DNA of 64,000 nt from Epithemia pelagica (taxonomy: Eukaryota > Protista > Bacillariophyta). A program made the translations under genes and the position numbers. Positions 1 through 12,861 of the stretch are shown in pieces. A model generated the notes under the pieces. The model had not been told where the DNA came from. It searched no databases and saw nothing but the letters and a program-made list of their open reading frames with translations. Numbering within the stretch: position 1 is the first letter of the stretch; every line of letters begins with the position of its first letter. Location: assembly GCA_946965045.2 (NCBI GenBank), contig OX337242.1, positions 1,550,001-1,614,000 of the forward strand. Reading direction: 5' to 3'.

Positions 1-2
1 AC

Positions 3-1139
3 AGTGACAGAGAGCAAAGCAGAGAAAGTTCGACTGATGGATCTCCAGGTGTCCTGTCAAGAACCGCTCTCGAAGGTGATTCATTTCGAGAACACGTCAA
101 AATTTTGTCCACTGATGGTTCAATAAGCTCGTTAGGCAGGGAAAGTGGAACCCGTACCTTTCCTTTGCCTTTCGAGGACAGACACGATGATCCTAGCGAC
201 ATGAGTCAATCAATTCCATTGAAAGGCCTTCTTGCAGCTGTTGAGCACGGAACTGTTGAACTGAGAAAAAAGTGCATTAAATGGCTCACTCAACCACATG
301 ACTCACCATCAGAGGAAACAAGAAGTGGTGATGATTGCGCTTCAACTTTTCTCCAGACAGAACACAAATTTCAAAGGACAACCGCAGAATGCAGGCATTA
401 CAGTGGGAAAGAATCTGAGTCCTCTCGTGCCCAGAATGTACTTGAGGTTATAGAGCCGCCCAGACCAATGCCCAGCTTTCAGAAAGCTGCAGATGATAGC
501 CTTTGTGAAAGTTCTAATGCAAGCTTCAAATTGAAAGAAGAAACCACCTGTGAATCTGACCAAGAGAAGAATCCTTCTTGCTCAATTACAAGCGCCACAA
601 GACGACGAAACGTGGAGAACAAAGTGAAACACGTAAAGATGAATGAGCTTTCTTCCAGTTCAGTGAGATATAAAATGACTGATGCCGAACCACACGATGT
701 GGAGCAGAGAGATGAAATCTCCTCGAAGCTTTCGTCATTGGATTCGTTGCGGTCATCAGAATCGGCAATACGTGGTCCATTGCTCCTTTCCGACCAAAGC
801 CTCCGTCGCTATAGGCGCAGCGGAAGAAAAAAGAGTTATACCGTTCTGTCCAAAACAACATCCGAAGAACGACGACGATTCCTTTCTTTGTCCAATCCTC
901 CGGCAATGAATGGTGAGAATGGTGATTCGTCTGCACCAGCATTCGAAAGGTTGTACCGCAACGAATATGCATGCAGTGCCAGCCGACACCAACGCAATCC
1001 ACCGAAAATATTGTCCCCCAACGCTACACTATCTCGACGTCTGAACTATCGGCCTTCTGTGACCCAAATGAAACACGATGCGTTTCACCGCAAGCATGGA
1101 ACAACCGCCAAAGATGCAAATGAAGCTTCCTCATTATAG
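3..1139 (+). CDS. Ser/Glu/Arg-rich low-complexity protein of unknown function, 5'-partial
   Basis: The frame is open from position 3 to TAG at 1137-1139; the track ORF starts at an internal TTG. No recognisable domain. Confidence 0.55.
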   Translation, partial: SDREQSRESSTDGSPGVLSRTALEGDSFREHVKILSTDGSISSLGRESGTRTFPLPFEDRHDDPSDMSQSIPLKGLLAAVEHGTVELRKKCIKWLTQPHDSPSEETRSGDDCASTFLQTEHKFQRTTAECRHYSGKESESSRAQNVLEVIEPPRPMPSFQKAADDSLCESSNASFKLKEETTCESDQEKNPSCSITSATRRRNVENKVKHVKMNELSSSSVRYKMTDAEPHDVEQRDEISSKLSSLDSLRSSESAIRGPLLLSDQSLRRYRRSGRKKSYTVLSKTTSEERRRFLSLSNPPAMNGENGDSSAPAFERLYRNEYACSASRHQRNPPKILSPNATLSRRLNYRPSVTQMKHDAFHRKHGTTAKDANEASSL

Positions 1140-2272
1140 GCGAGAAGACATATCAAGGTCCGCGAACCACGATAGTCGAATGAGGCTGAGGCAAAGCCGA
1201 AATATATAGCAGTTTATGGATGATCGCTTATCTGAGGCGACGTTCTCTTTTGACAAACGATAGGAGCAAAAACACGGAATGTGGTACAAACTCGCCGAGG
1301 CAAGCAGAAAACATGAAACAATAGTCGCACGGTATTAACGAGTCGACTCCAAGTGATCTTTCGAACGATGAAGATAAATGCTTTCGATACGCGAGCGGCC
1401 GCCTTTTACCGGAACGATGTTTGTCCTCTGTTTCGTAACTTTTTCGCTCTCTTTTCGCGTCGAAAACCATGTAGACTTCTCGGCTTTGGCACGGTCGTCA
1501 CCATTTCAGTTCCTCGACGAATTAAGCAACTTGACCCGAGCTCGTCCGACAGCGAGTTGAACGTCGTTTCATCCACGACCGACCACAATGAAATTTAATT
1601 AAAAGCAATCATGGATCAAGGCACCACACGGTAGTCGTGCGCCGCGGTTTAGGATAACTGTGATGGACCGATTTGTACTATTGAAAGAATTCCGACTCAA
1701 TTGCTGGCCTCCCGGCTTTGGCCTTTGTGCGATGCTAGGACATATTTTTTCTCGATCGTTAGTGCTACAGACAATGTGAGCATTAGATTGCCTCCCCTCA
1801 CAGATGCTACCCAACGGAAAGTTTCGGAATCACGCTTGATGATGGCCTAAATCGAAACATTTTGTGGGTCCCGATCTTGAATAATTGTTCACATTGAGAT
1901 GGAGCACGCAGCACGCTCCATGCGAGGGCGTCTTCTATGTAGGCGCAGTCGCACTTCTAAATACTCCAAATCCATTCCGAAAGCAAGACCAAACAATCCG
2001 AGGAGTGGACTGGAGCAAACGTCGGCGACACTGGGTTTCGCTCGACTGAAACAGCCGGGCCACAAGAGCAAGAGCCGAGACCGAGAGAGAGATGCGCGGA
2101 AAAGATTTCTCTCGCTCTCGGCGGTTCATTGAATGAGGATTTTGTATTCATCACACGCATTTCGTACAAACTTCTAGTTTCCCGCTCCTTTCCGATCCAT
2201 TCCGACGCTGTGATAGTGAAGCGTCTTGTGTAACTCGTCTCTACTGTTCCCAACTCGTTGTTGTGTCGGACC

Positions 2273-4894
2273 ATGAGATTTAACAGCCGAAGAGCCGAAG
2301 CCGCATCGGCATCGAAACGGCAACTCACTGCGGTTCACTCGCGTGACAGCATGAGCCACCAAGCCACCGATCCTAGAGGAACCACATCTAGTTTGAAGGG
2401 ATTTTTTCGACGGAGATCGCAGAATGGGTCATTTCCTGTATCAGGAATTGGTGTGGATGAATGGTCGGTGGCAACGACTTCGACCAACGAGTCTTCTACC
2501 AATAAGAATAAAAGTCGTTTGTACAATCACCGAAAACAGAGCTTTGTTCCTCAACACCATACTTCTTTTGGTGCTGTACAAAGAGGTACATCTCCTTCCA
2601 ACTATGTCATCCCGGAACAGGAAAGGGAGGACACGGTGATTAATCGTGAGCTGCAGACGAAGGTATCGATGAAAGCGACCAAATCGGTCGACTTTGCTCC
2701 TCATCCATCAATACTCGCAGCTCCGAAGGAATCAGAAACTGTTCCCCTTTCTTCCACTGAGAAGGGAGGCAATGAGGATCCTGTCGGTGCAGATACGGCC
2801 ACCATAGCACAAAAGAGTGATGGAAAAGAAAGCTTCCAGTCAAACGAATCCAGATCCGACCGTCGATCAACCAAAAAGGCATCACGGTGGCGCTCTGCCT
2901 CCAGACGATCTCCCCCCTCTGGCGAATCATCGTCCTCCTCTCGTTATGGGCTGTCCGCCTCTGCGCTACGACGATTGTTTCCAGGGCGACGGTTTGGTTC
3001 CCGGAAAGATGGTCGATCTCGGTCTTCGGCGTTTCCCACGACCAACTCCTCGTCGACAGGAAGGAGTCCGAACGACGTGGTGGAACCAAACGAGCGCTTA
3101 CCAAGTACAACAGGTGACAATAGATCTGGTTCTGCTATCAAGTCTTCCGCCTCGGAAGATTTGCCAAGGACGGAGCATGGAAGAAGCCTTTCTCCGCTCA
3201 AACGACTTCGACGAAAAACACAAAGCAGGTCCACAGAAGACGTGGATCGTTCGTCGACACGTGGGTCCTCGCGGATGCCCCGAAAAGGTACATTTGATTT
3301 CAACACAACGATTCGTTCAGTTTCATCCGCCCCTGTGGAACATGAAAGGACCTCTCATCGCCACATGATTGGGCGCAGTCGAAGGTCTCGATCGAGACGA
3401 TTCATTGGAAGGAACACTGGAAGGTCCTCCTCGGTCCCACCCATGTCCTCGAGATCGTCGTCACAGCACAGTCGTAGACCAAAGAGAGGGACTAGCTATG
3501 TGCAGCTAGAGGGATCGCCCACCAATCAAGAAGATCAATGTGAATCAGAACTCCCGAAAGATGGACAGACTGCACCCGATCTTGAGGGTAGTGACAAGCG
3601 TGAAATAGACAAGAAAACAGAAGCAGAATCGAGTACACGGTCGATCCACTGGGTTGAGCTAGATCCTTTGAAGGAAAGCGGAACATCATCGAAGAACGAG
3701 CTCATGGTCTCCAAGCAGCGCATTCCTTCTCCGCCGAAAGATACTATCCATAAAAGGCGACCATCCACCGGTGCGGACTCATACAAGTCGTTTGAGTCGA
3801 CTCGTTCTTGTCCAATTCCCCAGAGGCCCTTCACGATGCGACCAGGCCTTGTGAGGGTGTCTATTAGTTCGAACGCCTCGTGTGACTCATCCGATTCCAG
3901 GCGTCATCAGGGGGCGTACGATATGGAGTCGGTCACATCCGCTCCACTGGACGAAGAAATTACGATTCGCCGGCGAATGGCCCGAAGAGGTTCTTATGGA
4001 ATGGACAGTGTTCGATCTGCTTCATCCTCTCATTCAGACCTTGGTTCCGTCAGGTCGTTGTCCAGGAAGGGATCCTTTGGTTCGATCCACTCGACTGTGT
4101 CCGCCCCACCGGAACGAATCTTTGCATCTTCCTTCAAACCGGAGCGAGTGGATCGCACACCTGTTCCCTATCTTTCTGCCCCCCGGCGAGGAACGGTGGT
4201 ATCCATCAAGTCAGCCGCTGCATCCGCTCGTCAACAAGTTCCGACCAAGCCTTTTCCGATGGCGAGAAGAGGTTCGGAATCCTCGCAGTCGGTGGAAACC
4301 GACGTATCGGATCAAAAGTCATTGTCGTATCTGCCAATGCCCCGAAGAGGATCATTCGTTTCCATTGAATCAACGGTTTCTGCTCCTTCGGAAATGCCAT
4401 CGTCCCTCTACATGGAACGAAGAGGTTCCACTCGATCTGTTTCCTCCCAATCGATGGAAACGGATGGTTCGGATCACGAGCCAATCTCCTATCTACCGGT
4501 AGACTCTTCGGCACGATCGTTTGGTTCGGTGGACTCGGTTGCTTCTGCTCCACAAACCATGAGTGCTTCTCTCTACATGCCCCGAAGTACGTCCGGTCCT
4601 TCTGACTCTTCTTCATCTCCCGGAGCGGCTCCGGTGTTTTCGGGTCGTGCGGCGCGACGAGGATCCTTTGTGCAGATTGAGCCCAATGTATTTTCCAGCG
4701 ACAGGTCCCAGTTTTCCATGCACAGTATTGAAGCGAGTGGTTCGGACGAATCGTCGGACGACGATGAATCGGAAACGGATGCATCGGAACTAGGGGGAGA
4801 AACGACGGATGCGGATACCGTGGATCCCGACGAATCGGGAAATGAACAAGAAGAAGAAGAAACGACGCGTCGATGGTCCAATGTTGATATTTAA
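2273..4894 (+). CDS. Large intrinsically disordered Ser/Arg-rich protein with repeated RRGS motifs and an acidic C-terminus
   Basis: 878-codon ORF, first ATG at 2273. Repeated (R/K)RG(S/T) motifs in the C-terminal half. Confidence 0.7.
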   Translation: MRFNSRRAEAASASKRQLTAVHSRDSMSHQATDPRGTTSSLKGFFRRRSQNGSFPVSGIGVDEWSVATTSTNESSTNKNKSRLYNHRKQSFVPQHHTSFGAVQRGTSPSNYVIPEQEREDTVINRELQTKVSMKATKSVDFAPHPSILAAPKESETVPLSSTEKGGNEDPVGADTATIAQKSDGKESFQSNESRSDRRSTKKASRWRSASRRSPPSGESSSSSRYGLSASALRRLFPGRRFGSRKDGRSRSSAFPTTNSSSTGRSPNDVVEPNERLPSTTGDNRSGSAIKSSASEDLPRTEHGRSLSPLKRLRRKTQSRSTEDVDRSSTRGSSRMPRKGTFDFNTTIRSVSSAPVEHERTSHRHMIGRSRRSRSRRFIGRNTGRSSSVPPMSSRSSSQHSRRPKRGTSYVQLEGSPTNQEDQCESELPKDGQTAPDLEGSDKREIDKKTEAESSTRSIHWVELDPLKESGTSSKNELMVSKQRIPSPPKDTIHKRRPSTGADSYKSFESTRSCPIPQRPFTMRPGLVRVSISSNASCDSSDSRRHQGAYDMESVTSAPLDEEITIRRRMARRGSYGMDSVRSASSSHSDLGSVRSLSRKGSFGSIHSTVSAPPERIFASSFKPERVDRTPVPYLSAPRRGTVVSIKSAAASARQQVPTKPFPMARRGSESSQSVETDVSDQKSLSYLPMPRRGSFVSIESTVSAPSEMPSSLYMERRGSTRSVSSQSMETDGSDHEPISYLPVDSSARSFGSVDSVASAPQTMSASLYMPRSTSGPSDSSSSPGAAPVFSGRAARRGSFVQIEPNVFSSDRSQFSMHSIEASGSDESSDDDESETDASELGGETTDADTVDPDESGNEQEEEETTRRWSNVDI

Positions 4895-5217
4895 AAAAGC
4901 ATATCTATTGAATTAGGGAGACATTTCATCATTTTGAGAAGAGCAATAGGCGAAGGTGCACTCCATCTCTGGCAGCTACCTACTCCTACAAAAGGGAGTA
5001 GAAGGTGGTAGTGAGACATAGCTACCATAGCACCGCGCCATCGTTTCCCGAGCGTGCCCTCCAGAAGAGTCGACCGCAGGTGCGAGGAGGCCCATTATCA
5101 TCCAACAAAATGGCGCGCACCTTCGCGCCTGTGCCACCATCATATGTTTGGTTCATTCATCTCGTCTCGACAACCGACAACATCAAAACACTGAGGGAAA
5201 AGGAAAGGCCATGAGCC

Positions 5218-8200
5218 ATGAAGTCCAAACCATCCAGTAGCGGCAGTAAGCCGAAGCAAGTGAGTTTGTTTGACTTTTTTGGAAAAGTCAAGAAACCAAA
5301 ATCTTCCTCTGGTGGTAGTAGCAGTACCAAGGCAACAGTGTCCAAGCCACCTCCCAAAACCACCATTCAACCATCCAACCATCAGCAGGACGACGGCAAG
5401 TCTTCCACCACCCCCAATAACAACAAGATCGAAAGAAAGTCTCTTGTGGTTTCCCCCGCCGTCACAGAGAATCCAACATCATGTCATGTTCCGGTCCAAA
5501 AAAAGACCACCGCCATGGACCAAAATGAAGAACCACCCATGAAACAGCCCACGCCGTCGCAGAAGCGTATTCGACGCATGGCATTGGAAGATACAGACGA
5601 CGAGGAAACCAACGTTGGAACAGTCAAAAACATGGATCGATCGAGAAAAGACAAGAAGAACAAGAATTCACGGGAGACGACGGGCAAACGACCAAGGTCT
5701 CGCGAATCCGTGCGACGTTCCGTGGCATCCCAAAAAATCCAACCCATGGATCTTGAAGATACCGACGATGAAGAGGAAGGTGGCAATCATTCACGGGGAA
5801 GAACATCCAAAAGAGAAGAAGAGGAAGAGAGTGAATCTGAATTTGAAGCGGATGAGGATGCCGAAGAAAGTGAACTCGAGTTTAACCCCGACGACGAAGA
5901 AGAACACGAGGAAGACGCTTTGGATCAGGAAGCAAAGACTCCGAGAAAAAAGCAAAAGACCGCCCCATTGTCCACGTCGAGTCAGAAAACGTGGAAACAG
6001 ATTACTCCAGCCTCCAAACAACAACCAGGCAACCGTGTTTCGTCCACAGTCCAAAAGACCCCGCAGTCTCTCGGATCGTTTACCGCCCGCAAAATTACCC
6101 CATTGTCCGACAATAGTCGTCGACAAGATCTCGCCCTTACACCCATTTCCAGCAGCACTCAAGGAACTGCAATGGTTGGCAGCCAAGGCTCTTTGCGTTC
6201 TTCTCAACCTGACTCTCAACAGCAGCAACAACAACAACACAAGCCGCCCATGTTTACAAGAAATGCCATTAACCCAATGGGGACGCACGTACATAACCAC
6301 CTCAAGTTCTTACATCCACCGAGAGACAACCAAGGACGGTCGCCGGATCATGTCGACTATGATTGCCGGACTCTGCGTGTGTCGCTGCCGGATTGGCAAC
6401 GAGTCACTGGTGGCCCAATGACCAACGCGGTCAAGCAATGGTGGGATTTGAAATCACAATACTTTGATACGATTTTGTTGTTCAAGACGGGCAAGTTTTA
6501 CGAGCTCTACCACATGGATGCCGATATTGGGGTGCAAGTGTTGGGCTTGATTTACATGAAAGACCACGTGGCGCATGCCGGATTTCCCGAAAAGTCGTAC
6601 GGGGTCATGGCCGACAAGCTGGTCCGAGCGGGATACAAGGTGGCCCGCGTCGAACAAACGGAAACGCCCGACATGCTCAAGGAACGCAAAAAGCATCACA
6701 AGGGCAAGGATTCGCCCAAGGTAGTCAACCGCGAAGTTTGCAGTATTCTGACGCTGGGGACGAGAACCTGCTGCTTTATGGACGACACTCGTCAAGTGGA
6801 ACAGCACCCGGACGCCCTGGCCGCTGTGGGACCCCTCCTGACCATTGCAGAACAATCACTGGATGGCGACAACCGCAATGAGGACGACCATGACACAACC
6901 TTGACTCGTGAATTTGGTGTAACTGTGGTGGATGCACCACGGGGATGGATTACAATGGGGCAGTTTCAAGACGACTGTCTTTGCAGTCATTTGCAAACGC
7001 TCTTGGCTGCGTTTTCTCCATCTGAGGTAAGGAAAAGTCAACCCATGGCGCATGTTTTAGATTTCCAACGTTTGATGCTGACTTGTCTCATTCATTTTTG
7101 CGTTGTCTCTCAAGATTCTCTATCAAGCGGATGATGCAACGAACACAACGGGGTCATCCAAACACCATCTGACTGTCAAATCCTTGATTGTGAGCTATCG
7201 AAACAATGCGGTTTCGCCATGTCGAATCGAAGTGATCAAGGAGAAGGAATCGTTTCCCAAGTCCACGGCTTTGGATCCCCGTATTCGAGAGGCCCTGCAG
7301 AGAACCAGTCCGACCCATCCATGGGATGTCAACGAAACACTTTACGAGTTGCAGAATCGACGACACAAGTATTACTTTCAGGGAAATCATGCGACTGAGA
7401 GTAGTGCGAACGAGACATTTCCGTCGCTTCCGCCCTTGTTGAAACTTTTGGTTAGTGAACCCCAAGCAAATGGGTCAGCCTTGTCCAGTTTTGGTGCCTC
7501 TTTGTACTACCTCCAGCGGAATTTGATCGATGCAGAAATAATGTCAATGGGTGTTATGAAGGAATATCCCTCTCCAACGTCCACTCTCTGCTTAGGAGGG
7601 ATACGTCAACCTCAATTCATGAGTGATCAATCTCAAGACGATCCAAACAAGGAAGAGGAACCCACCCCTCACCAGTCCGACAAAGACGTCACAGGAGAAG
7701 CTGCCATGTCACTCGAAGGAACAACTTTGCATAACCTTGAAATCATTGCAAACTCTGATGACAACAAGGAAGCCGGTAGTCTTTGGTCAAAGCTGCACAG
7801 TACCAAGACGCCTCATGGAGCCAGACTGCTTCGGGCTTGGCTGTTGCGACCGTTGTTTCGCAAAAAAGACATTGACCGTCGTGCGGATGCCGTGGAGGAG
7901 TTGACACAGGGCGGCTCCGCATCGATTGTCTGCGGGCAAGCTCGTAAGGTATTGGCTAAATGTGGGGATTTGGAACGATTGCTCAGCCGCGTTCACAGTA
8001 TGAGTGGTGCGGGAGCTATGAACGACGCAGTGCAGGATGGTTCCATTGCTGGGGCACACCCCAATGAACGGGCTGTACTCTATGAGGAAGCCGACTATAC
8101 GAAACGAAAGGTTGGAGATTTCTCAAAGGTTCTCAATGGTTTGAAACAGGCTACAAGACTACCGGCCCTATTTGAGGAGCTTCAACTGCAAGAGGGAGGC

Positions 8201-9794
8201 CTTTTGGCAAAAATAGTCAAGCACCCTGAACATGGTGGTTGCTTTCCTGACATTGCCGCAGATTTGGAATGGTATTTTGAAAACTTTGATTGCGAACAAG
8301 CTTCGCAAGGCCTATTCGAGCCTAGTTATGGCGTAGATGCACTCTTCGACCAAGCTTGTGAAACTGTAGAGAGAATCAAAGCAGACCTAGTGGCATACAA
8401 GAATGAAATGTGTCAAGATTTCCTCTCGTCTCAAGCTCGATCAGCATGGACATATATCAATACGAAGCCTGACTCCAAAGACAAGTACCTTATTGAGCTA
8501 CCCGCGAGTATTCGGGTACCGGACGATTGGATCTTGAAGGCGAAACGAGGAAAAGGAGCCAAACAAGTCAACAAATACCGCACAGCAGTGGTTGAGGAAA
8601 TGGTTGCTGAACTCGAAAGAGCTTTGGAAACTCTCACTGAACGCAAAGCTCGTGCAGTCCAACTGATTTTCGCACGGTTCGATGCCAATCGTGATTCATG
8701 GGCTGCCGCTGCGCAGGCGACAGCTCTGTTGGATGCGCTTTGTGCCATGGCCCAACTCGCATCACAACCAGGCTACACACGACCTAGAATCTTGGATCAT
8801 TCAGAAACAAACGGATCGGTCCTTTCTTTTCGTCAAGCACGACATCCTTGCGTAGAGGGTTTACTATCATCCCCGGAGTTCATTCCCAATGACCTGGCTC
8901 TTGGTGGACTATCGGGACAAGAAAACTCCGAACGAGTTTTACTATTGAGTGGTCCAAATATGGGAGGAAAAAGTACATTCTTGAGGCAAACATGCATACT
9001 TGCCATTCTTGCTCAGATAGGTTCTTTCGTTCCTGCCGAGGAGTTCGAACTGACACCCATTGATCGAATCTATACAAGACTTGGTACGTTGTCCTTGCTC
9101 GATGCGGTGCTGAGTGCTGCTGCATTGCTCACCATTGTCTCTTGTCTTCCAACTTTGTGTTTATTAGGGGCCTCTGATAGGATCTTATTGGGCCAGTCCA
9201 CCTTTTTTGTCGAAGTAAGTTCAACGGGTAAAGAGTTTTGTTGCTTCTCGAGGATCGGTCTAACGATAAATATGTTCTTAGCTGTCAGAGACATCGGCGG
9301 CGCTTCGAGGAGCTACCAGTCGAAGTTTGGTCATTATGGACGAACTTGGCCGTGGAACATCAACATTTGATGGTACGGCCATTGCATTTGCGGCTGTGAA
9401 GCACTTGGTGGAGCGGAACAAGTGTTTGGCACTGTTCGCAACCCATTACCACAACTTGTTAGACGATTGGAACAGTCATCCATTGGTTCGCCTAGGACAC
9501 ATGGAATGCATGGTTGAAAATGATGATGATGAACAAGCCGCTGGTGCAACCGGTGTACCTAGCCGGGTAACCTTTCTCTACACACTTGGCAATGGCGCAT
9601 GCCCAAAGAGCTTTGGAATCAATGTCGCGCGACTTGCCGGCTTGCCAAATGACGTCCTAGTCAAGGCAGGGGACATCTCAAAGTCTTTTGAGAATGAAAT
9701 GGGTGCCAATTTAATTCGAAAGAAGGTCGAAGCCGCTATCGAGTCCAACGATTGGGAGCAGGTACGAACACTATGGCAGGAAGTTCAGCACTAG
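5218..9794 (+). CDS. MSH6: DNA mismatch repair protein MSH6 (MutS-alpha subunit), 4 exons
   Basis: MSH6-type HNHLKFL..PRD...DYDCRTL segment, mismatch-binding FKTGKFYE, Walker A GPNMGGKST, DELGRGT and FATHYH motifs. Exons 5218-7026, 7115-9083, 9168-9214, 9282-9794; the GT-AG introns restore SPSE|ILYQ, RLG|ASD and FFVE|LSET. Confidence 0.95.
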
Positions 9795-10053
9795 ATTGTG
9801 TCGAATTCTTTACCAATGAACCGCTCGTTGGCCTACGAGGAAGTCATGTGTTGCAGTATAGGCGAAAGAAGTATTTCAAACAAGACGATTTGCACTAATA
9901 TAGTAGTTACTCTGGCTTATGCAATAGTACCCTGAATTGAACACCACAGTGTTCTTTCTCTAACCCCTTACCCACAAATATGTCTGACCTTGTTGGTCTG
10001 ACCCACACAGCCGTTTCAACGACTGTTTCGCCCCCTTTTCGTTACCACCCAAA

Positions 10054-12861
10054 CTAACCGGGAGGTGCGCAATTCATCCCCACGGCATCGCAGCACAAGG
10101 TGCAGCAGTCACATTCCAGTTCGGTTACCCCTCCAACGGCGTCCTCTCGGCAGTCAGCCGTCATTCGATAGATGCCGTCTTCCGCACCGCGACGGCTGCA
10201 CATCTCAGTTGGAATCGATCCAGTAAGGTCCGTGTTGGCAAGCTGTATATCACGAAGAAGGGGAAGGTCTTGAATCTCCATCGGAAGCGGGCCACTGAAC
10301 TTGTTCGAAGACAGGCGAAAATCTGTCATCTTTTGGAGTTGTGAGATTCTGCTCGAATTGAGGGAACCAGAGAAGTTACACGAACGTAAGTCACAACGAT
10401 AGAGCTCCTTGAGATCATAGAAAGAATCAGGAATGCTTCCGCCTAAACGAGGATTCGACTGAAGGCGCAGTTCACCAAGCTTGGAAATCTGTCCAATATC
10501 TTCTGGAAGCAATCCTTCAAAGTCGTTCTTGTGCAACCAAAGTTTCTCCAACGCACTCATAGTCGCCATTTCGTTGGGGATAGGCCCGGTAAGTCGGTTG
10601 GAATTGAGGTACACAAAGGACAAAGAAGTCAATTTGCCTATCTCAGTGGGGAGTGGACCTGACAGTCTGTTCTTCTGCAAATACAGACCCCGCAAACCGT
10701 CCATATTTCCAATCGACGGCGATATCGTCCCATTCAACTGGTTGTCAGCGATGTTCAAGCGCGACAACATGCGGCTGGACCACCATTTTTCGGGAATGCT
10801 ACCAGACAACTTGTTGAACTGAGCTTCCACGTCAACGAGATGTTTCGACTCCATCAAATCCTCTGGAAGAGAACCCGTCAGATTGTTCCAGGAGAGGGAC
10901 ACTTTTTGTAGAAAGGGAAAATGGTGTAAGCCATCCGGGAATGGTCCTTCGAGGTGTTGTCCCACTGAAATAATGAAGAATAAAGACGGTGAGCATGGGG
11001 ACAGGACACAACAAATGAGCAACAAGGCAACACACGGACTTTACTCACAGAGTTCAATAGACCGAACGTATTGGCTGTCATCGCAATACAGACCAGCCCA
11101 GGCACATTCGTGTTGTCCACTCAACCATCGTTTCGCCGGAATATCTTCGTAGGATGGCACTGGGTGGATGTTGTACAAGCTCTGATACATGCAATCGTCA
11201 GATTGATTCCCTCCAAGAGGATTGCACGACAACCACTCGCCATTTTCGTTATTGATTGTCGCAAAGTAGAAGTAAGCGCAAATGTATCGCTGCAAAAAGT
11301 TGGGCGATGCGGGGACTACTTCCATGGTATCGTTATGGGTGATCCACTGCAAAGCCTTGGAGTACGGAGAGTCAGGGTCATTAAGGACTTCACCTCCCAC
11401 TGCTCGCTCAACTCCCTCCCATATTCCAATAGTTTCACGATATGGCACTTCAGGAACGATGTCCTTCGAGTCTCCTCCATTATCCGACTTGATCACGCCA
11501 ATGATGGATCCAGCTCCAACGGCAATGAGAGCAAGGATGGTAAGAAATGCGTAGAGACGGAAGCGGCGACGACGCGATTGGATAGTCGGCTTGGCATCAG
11601 GATCGTACTCCACTGCAGACTGAATGTAACCATCTTCCTCTTCTTCATCATCTTTGACTGGCATTGCAACAGCCAAGCCTTCCTCGTTTACAAATGAGTC
11701 AGCGTCGGGATCACTAACCCCATACTCAACGTCCGGACCGGTCATGTGATGAGGTAACTTGAAAGGGGCCTGTTCAGGTGTCGCCCCGTGGTTCTTGTTG
11801 TTGTTGTTCACAGGAGGAGGAACTTCTGTAACAACAGCAGGCTTGGTCGAAGCGGGATCATGGTCATTGGTGGGATCGCCCTTTCCACCAATATTTGCTT
11901 CAAAGTTGCCCAGCTGGTTCGCCCCTCCAATCGTGCGACTGCTGCTGAAGGCACCAACACGTCCCGAAGCGAATGCCGGACCACTTTTTTTTGAATCGGG
12001 CATTCGAGAGGATCCCGGCATGGCGGCAGAAGTAACAGAGGTAGCAGAGCTTCCTCCCATTTGGTGAACCTTGCGTTGGACCGAGTCTTCAAGCGAAGAA
12101 ATTGCCTCAGGGCCAACCTGAGAGGGAACAGAGCTTCCTCCCATTTGGTGAACCTTACGCTGGACCGAGTCCTCCAACGTAGAAATGCCTTCCGGACCAC
12201 ACTCGGAGGCCACAGTCCCTCCCCCCATGTGGTGAACCTTGCGCTGCACCGAGTCTTCCAAAGTCGAAATGCCTTTAGGACCACTCCCAGAGGAAGCAGT
12301 GTTTCCTCCTCCCATTCGTTGAACCTTTCGTTGAACCGTATCTTCCATGTTTGAAAGCCCTGCACCAGGTTCCTCCACGGGATCTGAGTATCCTCGACGG
12401 CTAGACGAATCAGGGTAAGCGCCCTTGGACAGTAAGGCCGATTCCCTCTGATCCAGCGGTTCGGGTCCCTCATTGATGCGCACATTGTTCCCAACCACCT
12501 GTACCGCACCGGGCTTGGTTGCAGCCGCCGTGGTCGGTCGAGCCGCTTGCTTGAGATCGCCATCCGACATGGGTTGCGGAGAACATTTTTCATTGTCATC
12601 CGTAAGCGCCGAAGGAACCTGTACGACACGAAGAGAATCGGATGTCATGGAGGGTTGAAAGCGGATCCCCGTCAAGGTTGCCTCCAGGTTTTGCAACTCG
12701 GTGGGGAGAAAACTGTCTTCTGGAGGAGGAACGTCTTGACCAAAGGCGGAAGCGCTTTCCCGTGCGCTGCGGACCGCTACAGCTCCTGGCTGGCTTATAC
12801 CAACAGGGCGATCGACTTTTGCCATGGCCTTGGTGTCGTGGATTTGAGGAAGTGAAGACAT
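10054..12861 (-). CDS. Type II single-pass membrane protein with C-terminal leucine-rich repeats (diatom LRR receptor-like family), 2 exons
   Basis: Disordered N-terminus with PGAV motifs, RRRR followed by TM FRLYAFLTILALIAVGAGSIIGVI, then plant-type LRRs (LxxLxLxxNxLxGxIP) and a Cys-rich end. Intron 10965-11048. Confidence 0.88.
12046..12358 (-). repeat. About four coding tandem repeats of 84-87 bp (28-29 aa, core LEDSVQRKVHQMGG)
   Basis: GAACC anchors at 12066, 12150, 12234 and 12321 (periods 84, 84, 87). Confidence 0.9.

Noticed and set aside
1140-2257. Small ORFs between the first two genes
   Set aside because: Short, mutually overlapping and without motifs.
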